37,252 bases of DNA from a virus (Duplodnaviria; Heunggongvirae; Uroviricota; Caudoviricetes), in the IMG/VR virus record IMGVR_UViG_2563366981_000002, positions 1 to 37,252 of that record; one strand, 5' to 3'. The notes beneath the pieces are model-generated. The model saw only the letters and a program-made list of their open reading frames with translations. It was not told where the DNA came from and did no database searches. Below, piece after piece: positions 26,123 through 36,587 of this stretch (its first letter is position 1; each line of letters begins with the position of its first letter). The translations under genes and the position numbers were made by a program.

Positions 26123-26486
26123 CCTATCGAAATATAACTGAATCTGTATTGCTGTGAGATATCACTGGTTGCCACACGCCACGCTGAATTACTGATATGT
26201 TCAAAATTTACAGACAAAACCTGCGGGGCAGGAATCGACGGGTCTGACTGAACGGCATCAGACATAACACTGACTGAAACCATCGGCTGATTAGGGAATG
26301 GTATAGGGAAGTGTCCACTGATAAAGCGGGTCGTGTTTCCTGCAAAAGTGCCAAACTGAACAATATATCCACCTGGTAGCCTGAACCATCCCGAACCAGA
26401 AGCGAATGCTCCCATATCCGGTATCTGATTATCTCCTGTGCCCACATCCCTTTTCGCCGCTTCTCCCAAACCAACGTTTAAGAAAA
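26116..26486 (-). CDS. alternative tail fibre C-terminal cassette (no start of its own; expressed only after inversion)
   Basis: Minus-strand frame encodes ...FLNVGLGEAAKRD... across the right recombination site, matching the ...YLGLGEGSA... junction in H. Confidence 0.6.
26461..26486. repeat. right recombination site of the invertible segment
   Basis: TTCTCCCAAACCAACGTTTAAGAAAA, a 26-bp imperfect dyad resembling gix/hix-type sites, just upstream of the invertase gene. Confidence 0.6.
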
Positions 26487-26541
26487 TGAAGAGATAACGG
26501 CTAACTGGCATCATTTCCGGTTTCTATTCAGGGGGATGATC

Positions 26542-27108
26542 ATGCTTATTGGATATGTACGCGTGTCAACAAATGACCAGAACACCGATTTGCAACGCAA
26601 TGCGCTGAACTGCGCGGGATGTGAGCGGATTTTTGAGGATAAAATCAGTGGCACTAAGTCCGACAGACCGGGGCTGAAAAAACTGCTCAGGACACTATCG
26701 GCAGGAGACACGCTGGTTGTCTGGAAGCTGGACAGGTTGGGGCACAGTATGCGGCATCTTGTTACGCTGATAGAAGAGTTGCGCCAGCGTGGTGTGAATT
26801 TCCGAAGCCTGACTGACAGTATTGATACCAGTACCCCAATGGGCCGTTTCTTTTTTCATGTCATGGGTGCCCTGGCTGAAATGGAACGCGAACTGATAGT
26901 TGAACGTACCAAGGCAGGGCTGGCTGCAGCTCGTGCTAAAGGCAGAGTAGGTGGACGCCGTCCTAAGTTGACCACTGAACAGTGGGCACAGATTGGACGT
27001 TTACTCGAGGCCGGAGAATCAAGACAGCGTATTGCACTGATTTTTGATGTAGGCGTTTCTACCATTTATAGAAAATTTCCGGCAAATAAGAGCAATGAAT
27101 CCCCCTGA
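26542..27108 (+). CDS. serine DNA invertase (Hin/Gin/Cin family)
   Basis: N-terminus MLIGYVRVSTNDQNTDLQ with the catalytic Ser motif; C-terminal HTH; adjacent to the invertible segment. Confidence 0.9.
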   Translation: MLIGYVRVSTNDQNTDLQRNALNCAGCERIFEDKISGTKSDRPGLKKLLRTLSAGDTLVVWKLDRLGHSMRHLVTLIEELRQRGVNFRSLTDSIDTSTPMGRFFFHVMGALAEMERELIVERTKAGLAAARAKGRVGGRRPKLTTEQWAQIGRLLEAGESRQRIALIFDVGVSTIYRKFPANKSNESP

Positions 27109-27156
27109 CTCAGCATAATTTTGATTATCCCTGCAAGCAGACAAATACCGTCATTT

Positions 27157-27174
27157 TGTGTGAATAACGGTACA
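27157..27174. promoter_or_regulatory. Ogr-type late promoter dyad upstream of the sheath gene
   Basis: TGT-N12-ACA (TGTGTGAATAACGGTACA). Confidence 0.55.
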
Positions 27175-27250
27175 ACTGCGCTTAGCTGTTTGTCAGGCAC
27201 AATCACTTCAACATAGGGCGAAGCCTAATCCAATCAGGAGGTTCGCCACT

Positions 27251-28423
27251 ATGGCTCAGGATTACCACCACGGGGTGCGCGTTGTTGAAGTCAACGAAGG
27301 CACCCGATCCATTACCACGGTGAGCACCGCCATCGTGGGCATGGTCTGCACGGGCGATGATGCCGATGCAAAAATGTTTCCTCTTAATAAACCTGTACTG
27401 ATCACTGATGTGCTTACCGCCAGCGGTAAAGCGGGTGAGTCCGGCACGCTGGCCCGTTCGCTGGATGCCATCTCTGACCAGGCAAAACCCGTGACCGTTG
27501 TTGTGCGTGTGCCGCAGGGTGAAACGGAAGAAGAAACCACGACCAATATCATCGGCGCAGTGACCGCTGAAGGTAAAAAAACTGGCATGAAAGCCCTGTT
27601 ATCTGCACAGGCACAGCTCGGCGTTAAACCGCGCATTCTCGGCGTGCCAGGTCACGATAACAAAGCCGTTGCTACTGAGTTGCTGAGCGTGGCGCAAAGC
27701 CTGCGTGGGTTTGCTTACCTGTCAGCGTATGGCTGCAAGACGATACAGGAGGCGATCACTTACCGCGAAAACTTCAGCCAGCGCGAAGGGATGCTGATCT
27801 GGCCTGACTTTACTGGCTGGGACACGGTGCTGAATGCCGAAGCAACGGCATATGCCACCGCCCGTGCGCTTGGTCTGCGCGCCAAAATTGATGAGCAGAC
27901 TGGATGGCACAAAAGCCTGTCCAACGTGGGCGTGAACGGTGTCACCGGAATTTCTGCTGATGTGTTCTGGGATCTGCAGGACCCGGCAACCGATGCAGGT
28001 CTGCTGAACCAGAACGACGTCACCACGCTTGTGCGTAAAGACGGTTTCCGCTTCTGGGGTTCCCGCTGCCTGAGTGATGACCCGCTCTTTGCCTTCGAAA
28101 ACTACACCCGCACGGCGCAGGTGCTGATGGACACGATGGCAGAAGCACACATGTGGGCGGTGGATAAACCGCTTAACCCGTCGCTGGCCCGCGACATTAT
28201 CGAAGGTATCCGCGCCAAAATGCGCAGCCTGGTCAGTCAGGGCTATCTCATTGGTGGTGATTGCTGGCTGGATGAGTCGGTGAACGACAAAGACACGCTG
28301 AAAGCCGGAAAACTCACCATCGACTATGACTACACGCCAGTGCCGCCACTTGAAAATCTGATGCTGCGCCAGCGCATCACCGATCAGTACCTGGTGAATT
28401 TCGCCAGCCAGGTCAGCGCGTAA
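27251..28423 (+). CDS. FI: tail sheath protein
   Basis: 390-aa ORF, AGGAGG RBS, canonical position. Confidence 0.9.
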   Translation: MAQDYHHGVRVVEVNEGTRSITTVSTAIVGMVCTGDDADAKMFPLNKPVLITDVLTASGKAGESGTLARSLDAISDQAKPVTVVVRVPQGETEEETTTNIIGAVTAEGKKTGMKALLSAQAQLGVKPRILGVPGHDNKAVATELLSVAQSLRGFAYLSAYGCKTIQEAITYRENFSQREGMLIWPDFTGWDTVLNAEATAYATARALGLRAKIDEQTGWHKSLSNVGVNGVTGISADVFWDLQDPATDAGLLNQNDVTTLVRKDGFRFWGSRCLSDDPLFAFENYTRTAQVLMDTMAEAHMWAVDKPLNPSLARDIIEGIRAKMRSLVSQGYLIGGDCWLDESVNDKDTLKAGKLTIDYDYTPVPPLENLMLRQRITDQYLVNFASQVSA

Positions 28424-28432
28424 GGGGACAAC

Positions 28433-28948
28433 ATGGCTTTACCACGCAAATTAAAACATCTGAACCTGTTTAACGACGGGAACAACTGGCAGGGGATCGT
28501 TGAGTCGCTGACGCTGCCGAAATTCACCCGCAAATATGAGAAGTATCGCGGCGGCGGAATGCCGGGTGCAGTGGATGTGGATCTGGGACTGGATGACAGT
28601 GCACTGGATACAGAATTTTCCATTGGTGGTACTGAACTGCTGCTGTTTAAGCAGATGGGCAAATCCACGGTGGATGGCATCCAGCTGCGCTTTACCGGCT
28701 CTATCCAGCGTGACGATACCGGGGAAGTGCAGGCCGTGGAGCTTGTCGTGCGTGGACGTCACAAAGAAGTGGATTCCGGCGAGTGGAAGACGGGCGAAAG
28801 CAACACCACCAAAGTGACCAGTACCAACAGCTACGCGAAGCTGACCATCAATGGTGAGGTGCTCTATGAAGTGGACCTTATCAACATGGTGGAAATTGTG
28901 GACGGTGTGGACCTGATGGAAGCGCACCGCAACGCCCTCGGCCTCTGA
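28433..28948 (+). CDS. FII: tail tube protein
   Basis: 171-aa ORF immediately after the sheath gene. Confidence 0.9.
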   Translation: MALPRKLKHLNLFNDGNNWQGIVESLTLPKFTRKYEKYRGGGMPGAVDVDLGLDDSALDTEFSIGGTELLLFKQMGKSTVDGIQLRFTGSIQRDDTGEVQAVELVVRGRHKEVDSGEWKTGESNTTKVTSTNSYAKLTINGEVLYEVDLINMVEIVDGVDLMEAHRNALGL

Positions 28949-29002
28949 TGTATCTGAACGGCGCGGAATGCCGCGCCAGAACCTAATTTACAGGACAACA
29001 AA

Positions 29003-29305
29003 ATGAGCGATAAACAGACTGAAAAGACCATTCAACTGGATACCCCCATCATGCGCGGTAAAACAGAAATTACCGAAATTGTGTTGCGTAAACCGCAGTC
29101 CGGTGCGCTGCGCGGCACACGCCTGCAGGCCATTATGGATATGGATGTGAACGCGATGATGACCGTGATCCCCCGCATCTCCAGTCCGGCACTGACTGCA
29201 CAGGAAATCGCAGAGATGGACCCGGCAGATCTCACAGCCATGTCGGTTGAGGTTGTCACTTTTTTGTTGAAGAAGTCGGTGCTTGCCGGTTTACCGACAG
29301 CCTGA
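29003..29305 (+). CDS. E: tail assembly chaperone E
   Basis: 100-aa ORF preceding the tape measure gene; contains slippery TTTTTTG near its 3' end. Confidence 0.8.
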   Translation: MSDKQTEKTIQLDTPIMRGKTEITEIVLRKPQSGALRGTRLQAIMDMDVNAMMTVIPRISSPALTAQEIAEMDPADLTAMSVEVVTFLLKKSVLAGLPTA

Positions 29306-29439
29306 CGGTTGACGATCTGGTGGCAGATATCGCCACCATTTTTCACTGGCCGCCATCCGTTACTGACGTTATGCCGCTGACCGAAGTGCTGGAATGGCGG
29401 TATAAAGCGATTCAGAGAAGTGGGGCCAGCCATGAGTGA
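29003..29439 (+). CDS. E+E' fusion via -1 programmed frameshift
   Basis: Heptamer T_TTT_TTG at 29260-29266; the -1 frame stays open to TGA at 29437-29439, overlapping the T start. Confidence 0.55.
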
Positions 29440-32400
29440 CAATAACCTGCGTCTGCAGGTCATTCTTAATGCGGTTGACAAGCTCACCCGCCCATTTCGA
29501 TCTGCGCAGGCCAGTTCAAGAGAACTGGCTGCTGCTGTCAAAAAATCCCGCGATGCAATAAAGCAGCTTGATCAGGCCGGGAGCAGTCTGGACAGCTTCC
29601 GAAAGCTGCAGGCAGAAAATCAGAAATTAGGCGACAGGCTGAGCTATGCCCGCCAGCGTGCAAATTTGCTCAGTCAGGAACTGGGAGCGATGGGGCCGCC
29701 TTCGCAACGTCAGGTTGTTGCTCTGGGCCGTCAACGGCTGGCTGTTCAGCGCCTGGAAGAACGCCAGAAAAAGCTGCAGCAGCAGACGGCGCTTGTGCGT
29801 GCAGAACTTTATCGTGCTGGTATTTCAGCTAATGATGGTGCCAGTGCGACGGCCCGCATTACCCGTGAAACGATGCGTTATAACAGGCAGCTTTCTGAGC
29901 AGGAAGCGAGGTTACGACGTGTCGGGGAGCAACAGCGAAAAATGCACGCCGCCCGAGGGGCTTACGCCAGGCGTCTTGAAGTAAGGGATCGGATTGCAGG
30001 TGCCGGAGCCACCACCACGGCTGCAGGGCTGGCAATGGGCGCACCAGTGATGGCGGCAGTAAAAAGCTATACCAGCATGGAAGATGCCATGAAAGGTGTG
30101 GCAAAGCAGGTCAATGGTCTGCGTGACGATAATGGCAACCGCACTGCACGTTTTTATGAAATGCAGGATGCCATCAAGGCTGCCAGCGAACAATTGCCGA
30201 TGGAAAACGGTGCGGTGGATTTCGCTGCACTGGTTGAAGGTGGTGCGCGCATGAACGTCGCAAACCCTGACGACAGCTGGGAAGACCAGAAACGTGACCT
30301 GCTGGCCTTCGCCAGTACGGCAGCAAAGGCGGCAACAGCCTTTGAGCTGCCAGCGGATGAACTGTCAGAAAGTCTGGGGAAAATCGCCCAGCTCTACAAA
30401 ATCCCTACCCGCAATATTGAACAGCTCGGTGATGCGCTGAATTATCTGGATGATAACGCCATGTCGAAAGGTGCAGACATCATTGATGTCATGCAACGCC
30501 TGGGCGGTGTGGCTGATCGTCTGGATTATCGTAAAGCGGCGGCGCTGGGTTCCACCTTCCTGACACTGGGCGCTGCGCCAGAGGTTGCAGCCAGTGCAGC
30601 AAACGCGATGGTGCGTGAATTGTCCATTGCCACCATGCAAAGCAAGAGTTTCTTTGAAGGGATGAATCTGCTGAAACTCAATCCTGAAGTGATTGAAAAG
30701 CAGATGACGAAGGATGCGATGGGAACCATCCAGCGCGTGCTGGAGAAGGTGAACGCACTGCCGCAGGACAAGCGTCTGTCTGCCATGACCATGTTGTTTG
30801 GTAAAGAGTTTGGTGATGACGCGGCGAAACTGGCAAACAACCTTCCGGAACTGCAGCGCCAGCTAAAACTGACAGCGGGCAATGATGCGCTCGGTTCCAT
30901 GCAGAAAGAATCCGACATCAACAAAGACTCACTTTCTGCTCAGTGGTTGCTGGTCAAAACCGGAGCGCAGAACACCTTCAGCAGCCTGGGCGAAACGCTG
31001 CGCCAGCCGCTGATGGATATTCTGTACACGGTGAAAAGCATCACGGGGGCGTTGCGCCGCTGGGTGGAAGCTAACCCGGAACTGACAGGCACACTGATGA
31101 AAGCAGCGGCTGTTGTGGCTGCGGTTACTGTCGGCCTCGGCACCTTAGCGGTGGCGCTGGCTGCAGTGCTGGGGCCGCTGGCAGTGATCCGTCTGGGATT
31201 CTCTGTGCTGGGTATCAAAACGTTACCTTCCGTTACGGCAGCAGTAACTCGAACCAGCAGCGCGTTGTCCTGGTTAGCTGGCGCACCACTGATACTGCTG
31301 CGACGCGGGCTTGCTTCATCGGGCAACGCTGCGGGTTTACTTACTGCACCGTTGTCATCTTTGCGCCGCACGGCATCACTGACGGGAAATGTCATGAAAA
31401 CTGTAGCAGGTGCGCCGGTTGCACTTTTGCGGTCTGGATTATCCGGTTTACGTGCTGTTGCTGTGATGTTTATGAATCCTCTGGCGGTACTGCGCGGTGG
31501 ACTGGTCGCCGCAGGCACGGTGCTGCGAGTACTGGCATCTGGTCCACTGGCGATGCTGCGCGTTGCCCTGTATGCCGTATCTGGTCTGTTAGGTGCTCTG
31601 CTCAGTCCGATAGGTCTTGTGGTTACTGCACTGGCGGGCGTGGCGCTGGTTGTCTGGAAATACTGGCAACCCATCACCGCATTTCTTGGTGGCGTGGTGG
31701 AAGGATTCAAAGCGGCGGCAGGTCCCGTCAGTGCAGCATTCGAACCACTTAAGCCTGTGTTTCAGTGGATTGGCGACAAAGTGCAGGCGCTCTGGGGCTG
31801 GTTTACTGATCTGCTGACGCCCGTTAAGTCGACCTCTGCCGAACTGCAGAGTGCAGCGGCAATGGGGCGGCGATTCGGGGAGGCACTGGCGGAAGGGCTG
31901 AATATGGTCATGCATCCGCTGGACTCCCTGAAATCCGGCGTTTCCTGGTTGCTGGAGAAACTCGGCGTTGTCAGTAAAGAGGCCGCAAAGGCGAAACTAC
32001 CGGAAAGTGTGACGCGTCAGCAACCTGCGACGGTGAATACAGACGGTAAAGTGATGATGCCATCGGGTGGTTTTCCGTCATGGGGATATGGCTTTGCGGG
32101 GATGTATGACAGCGGCGGCTATATCCCGCGCGGGCAGTTTGGCATCGTCGGTGAAAACGGGCCGGAAATTGTTAACGGCCCGGCAAACGTAACCAGCCGG
32201 AGAAATACAGCTGCACTGGCTGCCGTTGTCGCCGGAATGATGGGTGTTGCTGCCGCGCCAGCAGAGCTTCCACCGTTACATCCTTTGGCACTTCCCGCGA
32301 AAGGCGGCGAAGCGATGGTGAGTCGTGCAGCCACTGTGCCGCCCGTTCAACGGATTGAGGCACCGACGCAGATCATCATTCAGACGCAGCCAGGACAAAG

Positions 32401-32509
32401 TGCGCAGGATATTGCGCGGGAGGTGGCCCGCCAGCTTGATGAACGTGAACGCAGGCTGAAGGCAAAAGCCAGGAGTAACTACAGCGATCAGGGGGGATAC
32501 GACGCATGA
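29432..32509 (+). CDS. T: tail tape measure protein
   Basis: About 1025 aa from ATG 29432; coiled-coil N-terminal half, Ala/Gly/Leu-rich hydrophobic repeats in the C-terminal half. Confidence 0.85.
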   Translation: MSDNNLRLQVILNAVDKLTRPFRSAQASSRELAAAVKKSRDAIKQLDQAGSSLDSFRKLQAENQKLGDRLSYARQRANLLSQELGAMGPPSQRQVVALGRQRLAVQRLEERQKKLQQQTALVRAELYRAGISANDGASATARITRETMRYNRQLSEQEARLRRVGEQQRKMHAARGAYARRLEVRDRIAGAGATTTAAGLAMGAPVMAAVKSYTSMEDAMKGVAKQVNGLRDDNGNRTARFYEMQDAIKAASEQLPMENGAVDFAALVEGGARMNVANPDDSWEDQKRDLLAFASTAAKAATAFELPADELSESLGKIAQLYKIPTRNIEQLGDALNYLDDNAMSKGADIIDVMQRLGGVADRLDYRKAAALGSTFLTLGAAPEVAASAANAMVRELSIATMQSKSFFEGMNLLKLNPEVIEKQMTKDAMGTIQRVLEKVNALPQDKRLSAMTMLFGKEFGDDAAKLANNLPELQRQLKLTAGNDALGSMQKESDINKDSLSAQWLLVKTGAQNTFSSLGETLRQPLMDILYTVKSITGALRRWVEANPELTGTLMKAAAVVAAVTVGLGTLAVALAAVLGPLAVIRLGFSVLGIKTLPSVTAAVTRTSSALSWLAGAPLILLRRGLASSGNAAGLLTAPLSSLRRTASLTGNVMKTVAGAPVALLRSGLSGLRAVAVMFMNPLAVLRGGLVAAGTVLRVLASGPLAMLRVALYAVSGLLGALLSPIGLVVTALAGVALVVWKYWQPITAFLGGVVEGFKAAAGPVSAAFEPLKPVFQWIGDKVQALWGWFTDLLTPVKSTSAELQSAAAMGRRFGEALAEGLNMVMHPLDSLKSGVSWLLEKLGVVSKEAAKAKLPESVTRQQPATVNTDGKVMMPSGGFPSWGYGFAGMYDSGGYIPRGQFGIVGENGPEIVNGPANVTSRRNTAALAAVVAGMMGVAAAPAELPPLHPLALPAKGGEAMVSRAATVPPVQRIEAPTQIIIQTQPGQSAQDIAREVARQLDERERRLKAKARSNYSDQGGYDA

Positions 32510-32991
32510 TGATGGTGCTGGGATTGTACGTGTTTATGCTGCGCACCGTTCCGTATCAGGAACTGCAGTATCAACGCAGCTGGCGACATGCGGCAAACAG
32601 CCGGGTAAACCGTCGTCCGTCCACGCAGTTTCTGGGACCGGACAACGACATGCTGACGCTTTCTGGTGTTCTTATGCCGGAGATAACAGGTGGCAGGCTG
32701 TCGTTGCTGACACTGGAGCAGATGGCAGAACAGGGGAAAGCATGGCCCCTGATTGAAGGCAGCGGCACGATTTATGGCATGTATGTGATTGAGGGACTGA
32801 ATCAGACTAAAACGGAGTTTTTCCGCGACGGTATGCCGCGCCGGATTGAGTTCACCCTGTCGCTCAAACGGGTGGATGAATCCCTGTCCGATATGTTCGG
32901 TGATCTCAGTGCGCAGCTGAATAATCTGCAGGGAACGGCAACATCTGCCTTAAGCGATATCAGTAAAACGGTGGGAGGGCTTCTGTCGTGA
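32506..32991 (+). CDS. U: tail protein U
   Basis: 161-aa ORF, ATGA-coupled after T. Confidence 0.85.
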   Translation: MMMVLGLYVFMLRTVPYQELQYQRSWRHAANSRVNRRPSTQFLGPDNDMLTLSGVLMPEITGGRLSLLTLEQMAEQGKAWPLIEGSGTIYGMYVIEGLNQTKTEFFRDGMPRRIEFTLSLKRVDESLSDMFGDLSAQLNNLQGTATSALSDISKTVGGLLS

Positions 32992-34088
32992 ATTTCAGCT
33001 CTGAACTGCTTAACAAAGGCAACAAAACTCCGGCATTCAGCATCAGTATTGAAGGCAGGGATATCACCACTGTGCTGGACAACCGCCTGATGGGGCTGAC
33101 GCTGACGGATAACCGGGGATTTGAAGCGGACCAGCTTGATCTGGAGCTGGACGACGCCGATGGAAAAATCGTGCTGCCGCGCCGTGGTGCGGTCATTACG
33201 CTGGCGCTGGGCTGGAAGGGGCAGCCGCTTTTCCCGAAAGGGGCATTCACGGTGGACGAGATTGAACACACTGGCGCACCGGACCGCCTGACTATCCGGG
33301 CGCGAAGTGCTGATTTTCGTGAAACGCTGAATACCCGCCGTGAAAAGTCGTGGCACAAGACCACCGTTGGGGAAGTGGTGAAGGAAATAGCTGCGCGGCA
33401 CAAACTGAAGATGGCATTGGGTAAAGACCTGTCAGATAAACCCGTGGAACATATAGACCAGACCAATGAGAGTGACGGCAGTTTTCTGATGCGGCTGGCG
33501 CGCCAGTACGGTGCTATTGCGTCGGTGAAAAATGGCAATCTGTTATTCATCCGACAGGGGCAGGGTAAAAGCGCCAGTGGTAAACCACTACCGGTTATCA
33601 CTATCACACGTAAGGACGGCGACAGTCACCGCTTTACCATGGCAGATCGCGGAGCTTACACGGGCGTAATTGCCAGCTGGTTGCATACCCACGAACCCGC
33701 GAAGAAAGAAAGCACCACGGTGAAGCGTAAGCGCAGGACTAAGAAGCAGAAGAAAGAGCCGGAAGCGAAGCAGGGCGATTACCTGGTGGGTACGGATGAA
33801 AACGTGTTGGTACTTAATCGCACCTATGCTAATCGGAGTAACGCCGAACGGGCAGCGAAAATGCAGTGGGAACGCCTGCAACGCGGCGTTGCGTCATTCT
33901 CGCTACAACTGGCGGAAGGGAGGGCAGATCTCTACACGGAAATGCCAGTGAAAGTCAGTGGCTTTAAACAGCCGATAGATGATGCGGAATGGACCATTAC
34001 GACTCTGACGCATACCGTCAGCCCGGATAACGGTTTTACGACCAGTCTGGAGCTTGAAGTGAGGATTGATGATTTCGAAATGGAATGA
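32988..34088 (+). CDS. D: tail protein D
   Basis: 366-aa ORF at the P2 gpD position. Confidence 0.85.
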   Translation: MNFSSELLNKGNKTPAFSISIEGRDITTVLDNRLMGLTLTDNRGFEADQLDLELDDADGKIVLPRRGAVITLALGWKGQPLFPKGAFTVDEIEHTGAPDRLTIRARSADFRETLNTRREKSWHKTTVGEVVKEIAARHKLKMALGKDLSDKPVEHIDQTNESDGSFLMRLARQYGAIASVKNGNLLFIRQGQGKSASGKPLPVITITRKDGDSHRFTMADRGAYTGVIASWLHTHEPAKKESTTVKRKRRTKKQKKEPEAKQGDYLVGTDENVLVLNRTYANRSNAERAAKMQWERLQRGVASFSLQLAEGRADLYTEMPVKVSGFKQPIDDAEWTITTLTHTVSPDNGFTTSLELEVRIDDFEME

Positions 34089-34178
34089 TTCTTCGCAATG
34101 GAGAACTTTTAAGTTTGCAAAATGGAATAATGCGGTATCATTATTGTGAATTTAGCAAAAATGGGGAGAACTCGAAAA

Positions 34179-34397
34179 ATGATGATTTGCCCACTGTGTG
34201 GAAGTGCCGCCCATACTCGCAGCAGTTTTCAGGTATCTTCATTGACCAAAGAGCGTTACAACCAGTGCCAGAACATTAACTGCAGCCATACTTTTGTTAC
34301 CCATGAAACTTTTGTTCGTTCAATTGCAACGCCAAAAGAGTCTAATCCGGTTCAGCCGCATCCAATGAAATCAGGACAGGTGGCGCTCTCTCTTTGA
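34179..34397 (+). CDS. ogr: late gene activator, Ogr/Delta zinc-finger family
   Basis: MMICPLCGSAAHTRSS...CQNINCSHTF C2C2 zinc-finger pattern; last phage gene before the right repeat. Confidence 0.8.
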   Translation: MMICPLCGSAAHTRSSFQVSSLTKERYNQCQNINCSHTFVTHETFVRSIATPKESNPVQPHPMKSGQVALSL

Positions 34398-34419
34398 CGC
34401 TGCCGCCATTTTGTCGCCA
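34398..34419. repeat. putative attachment core copy (attR)
   Basis: CGCTGCCGCCATTTTGTCGCCA, immediately after the ogr stop; 21/22 match to 19-40. Confidence 0.55.
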
Positions 34420-34473
34420 TCGTTAAAAAACAGTGCTTCTAACATCATGATTTTAAAAGGCATAAATTTCAGG

Positions 34474-34520
34474 CAACAAAAAACCCATCAACCTTGAACC
34501 GAAATGGCGGGGTTGATGGG
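34474..34520 (-). terminator. host rho-independent terminator downstream of ybjL
   Basis: CCCATCAACC / GGTTGATGGG stem followed by TTTTTTG on the minus strand. Confidence 0.5.
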
Positions 34521-34632
34521 CTCCACAAAATGGGGACATCAAAGAAAAGCAGTGGCACTAATTAAGACTGATGCCCTGCGGAAAAGTTCTGCGGTTGTGC
34601 AAAAAAATTTCATTTTCAGGGCAACTTCAGTT

Positions 34633-36318
34633 TTATCCTAATCCTGGCCATACCATGACGATGATTGTCCCTGCCAGCGTCAGCAGGACGTTGGCGATTG
34701 CATAGGTGCCCGCATAGCCCAGCGCCGGGATGTTACTGCGAGCTGTATCACTGATGATCTCCATTGCCGGCGCGCAGGTACGTGCGCCCATCATTGCGCC
34801 GAACAACAGCGCGCGGTTCATTCGCAATACATAAGCACCGAACAAGAAACAGATAACCACGGGCACCAGACTGACAATCAATCCGGCAATCAACATCTGA
34901 CCGCCAATCGCGCCCAGGCCGTTATTAATACCGCTACCGGCGCTCAGACCAACGCCTGCCATAAACACCATCAAGCCGAACTCTTTCACCATGCTTAATG
35001 CACCCTGCGGAATGTAACCGAAGGTCGGGTGGTTAGCACGCATAAAGCCCAGCATAATTCCGGCGAATAACAACCCGGCAGCGTTCCCCATGCCGAAACT
35101 GAATGTGCTGAACTGGAAGGTGATCATCCCGATCATCAGCCCAATAACAAAGAAGGCGCAGAATGCCAGCAGGTCAGTGACCTGGCTGTGAATCGAGATA
35201 AAGCCGATGCGATCGGCGATGGTTTTTACGCGGCGGGCATCGCCGCTGACTTGTAAAACGTCACCTTTGTTAAGCACGACGTTGTCATCTATCGGCATCT
35301 CAATCTGGCTACGAATGACGCGGTTAAGGAAGCAACCGTGATCGGTCAACTTCAGTTGTGCGAGACGTTTACCTACAGCGTTATGGTTTTTAACGACCAC
35401 TTCTTCAGTGACGATACGCATGTCGAGAAGGTCACGATCGAAAACTTCTTTACCGTTACGGAAGCTGGGATCGAGTCGGGCATGGGCGTCGGGATAGCCT
35501 ACCAACGCTATTTCATCGCCCATTTGTAGCACGGCATCACCGTCTGGATTTGCCAGAATCCCGTTACGTCGAATACGTTCAATGTAGCAGCCGGTTTGTC
35601 GATAAATACCCAGTTCACGCAGATTTTTGCCGTCGGTCCAGGCCACCAGTTCCGGGCCGACGCGATAGGCGCGGATCACCGGTAAATAAACCTTACGGTT
35701 GGCATCAGTGTCCAGGCCACGTTCGCGGGCGATTTGCTGGGCGCTGGTCTGTAAGTCCTGATGCTGCAATTTCGGCAAGTAACGCGCACCAACAATCAAA
35801 CTCACCAGACCGATTAAATAGGTTAAGGCATACCCGAGGCTCAGATTATCCAGTGCCAGTGAGAGCTGCCTGCTTTCCATGCCGGAATGACGCAGTGTAT
35901 CGCCAGCACCGACCAGAACCGGTGTCGACGTCATAGAGCCTGCTAACATACCGGCCGTCAGGCCAATATCCCAGCCAAACAGCTTACCTAACCCTAAGGC
36001 GATCACCAGCGCACTGCCAACCATCACCAGTGCTAACATTAGGTAATTTTTCCCATCGCGAAAAAAAATGGAAAAAAAGTTCGGTCCGGCTTCGACCCCG
36101 ACGCAGAAAATAAACAGCATAAAGCCAAGATTAAGCGCATCGGTGTTAATGCTGAAATGTTGTTGGCCTAATAACAGCGATACGACTAAAACGCCAATGG
36201 AATTACCCAGTTGGATCGAACCAAGTCGTAACTTTCCGAGACATAGCCCAAGCGCGAGGACCACAAATAATAACAGAATGTAATTCCCATTTAACAATTC
36301 GGCGACGTTTATATTCAC
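34633..36318 (-). CDS. ybjL: host putative transporter YbjL (YidE/YbjL family)
   Basis: 561-aa polytopic membrane protein with a central soluble region; synteny with ybjM and grxA. Confidence 0.8.
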
Positions 36319-36587
36319 GGAGGCTAACTTCTTGTTTACTAGTAAGCTGTTGAAAGAAATGGTAATTTACGATAATGTTTTTTACCAGAATTCAGGGCGC
36401 AGATTCATTCAGCGCACCTAAACGATAGTAAAGTAACAATATATTTTACTAGTGTAATCACATTAGGTATCAACGGCTATATGAATTGCGTTGGCCTATA
36501 TTAGCATGGAATGCGAAGCGGCTTTATCTTACTGAACGCCACACTGGCGAAAAATGTGTTCGATAGACGCAGTGTCAGGAGGAACGA

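Larger units (their letters stand above)
19..34419. mobile_element. P2/186-family prophage (int ... ogr), bounded by 22-bp direct repeats
   Basis: Complete collinear P2-like gene order from int to D-ogr; 22-bp direct repeat (21/22 identical) at both ends; host genes ybjL-ybjM-grxA to the right. Confidence 0.8.

Noticed and set aside
26487-26514. N-terminal extension (MMPVSRYLF...) of the minus-strand tail-fibre cassette ORF
   Set aside because: It lies outside the invertible segment and has no RBS; the cassette is a start-less C-terminal module that is functional only when fused to H after inversion.
28960-28977. GC-rich stem-loop (GGCGCGG-AATG-CCGCGCC) between FII and E as a terminator
   Set aside because: No T-run follows it and the late operon must continue through to E, T, U and D; more likely an RNA structure or partial attenuator, not called as a terminator.
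34398-34632. tRNA gene as the integration target
   Set aside because: No cloverleaf-compatible sequence or CCA-type end was seen near either junction; the repeat lies between ogr and the ybjL terminator and within the int 3' end.
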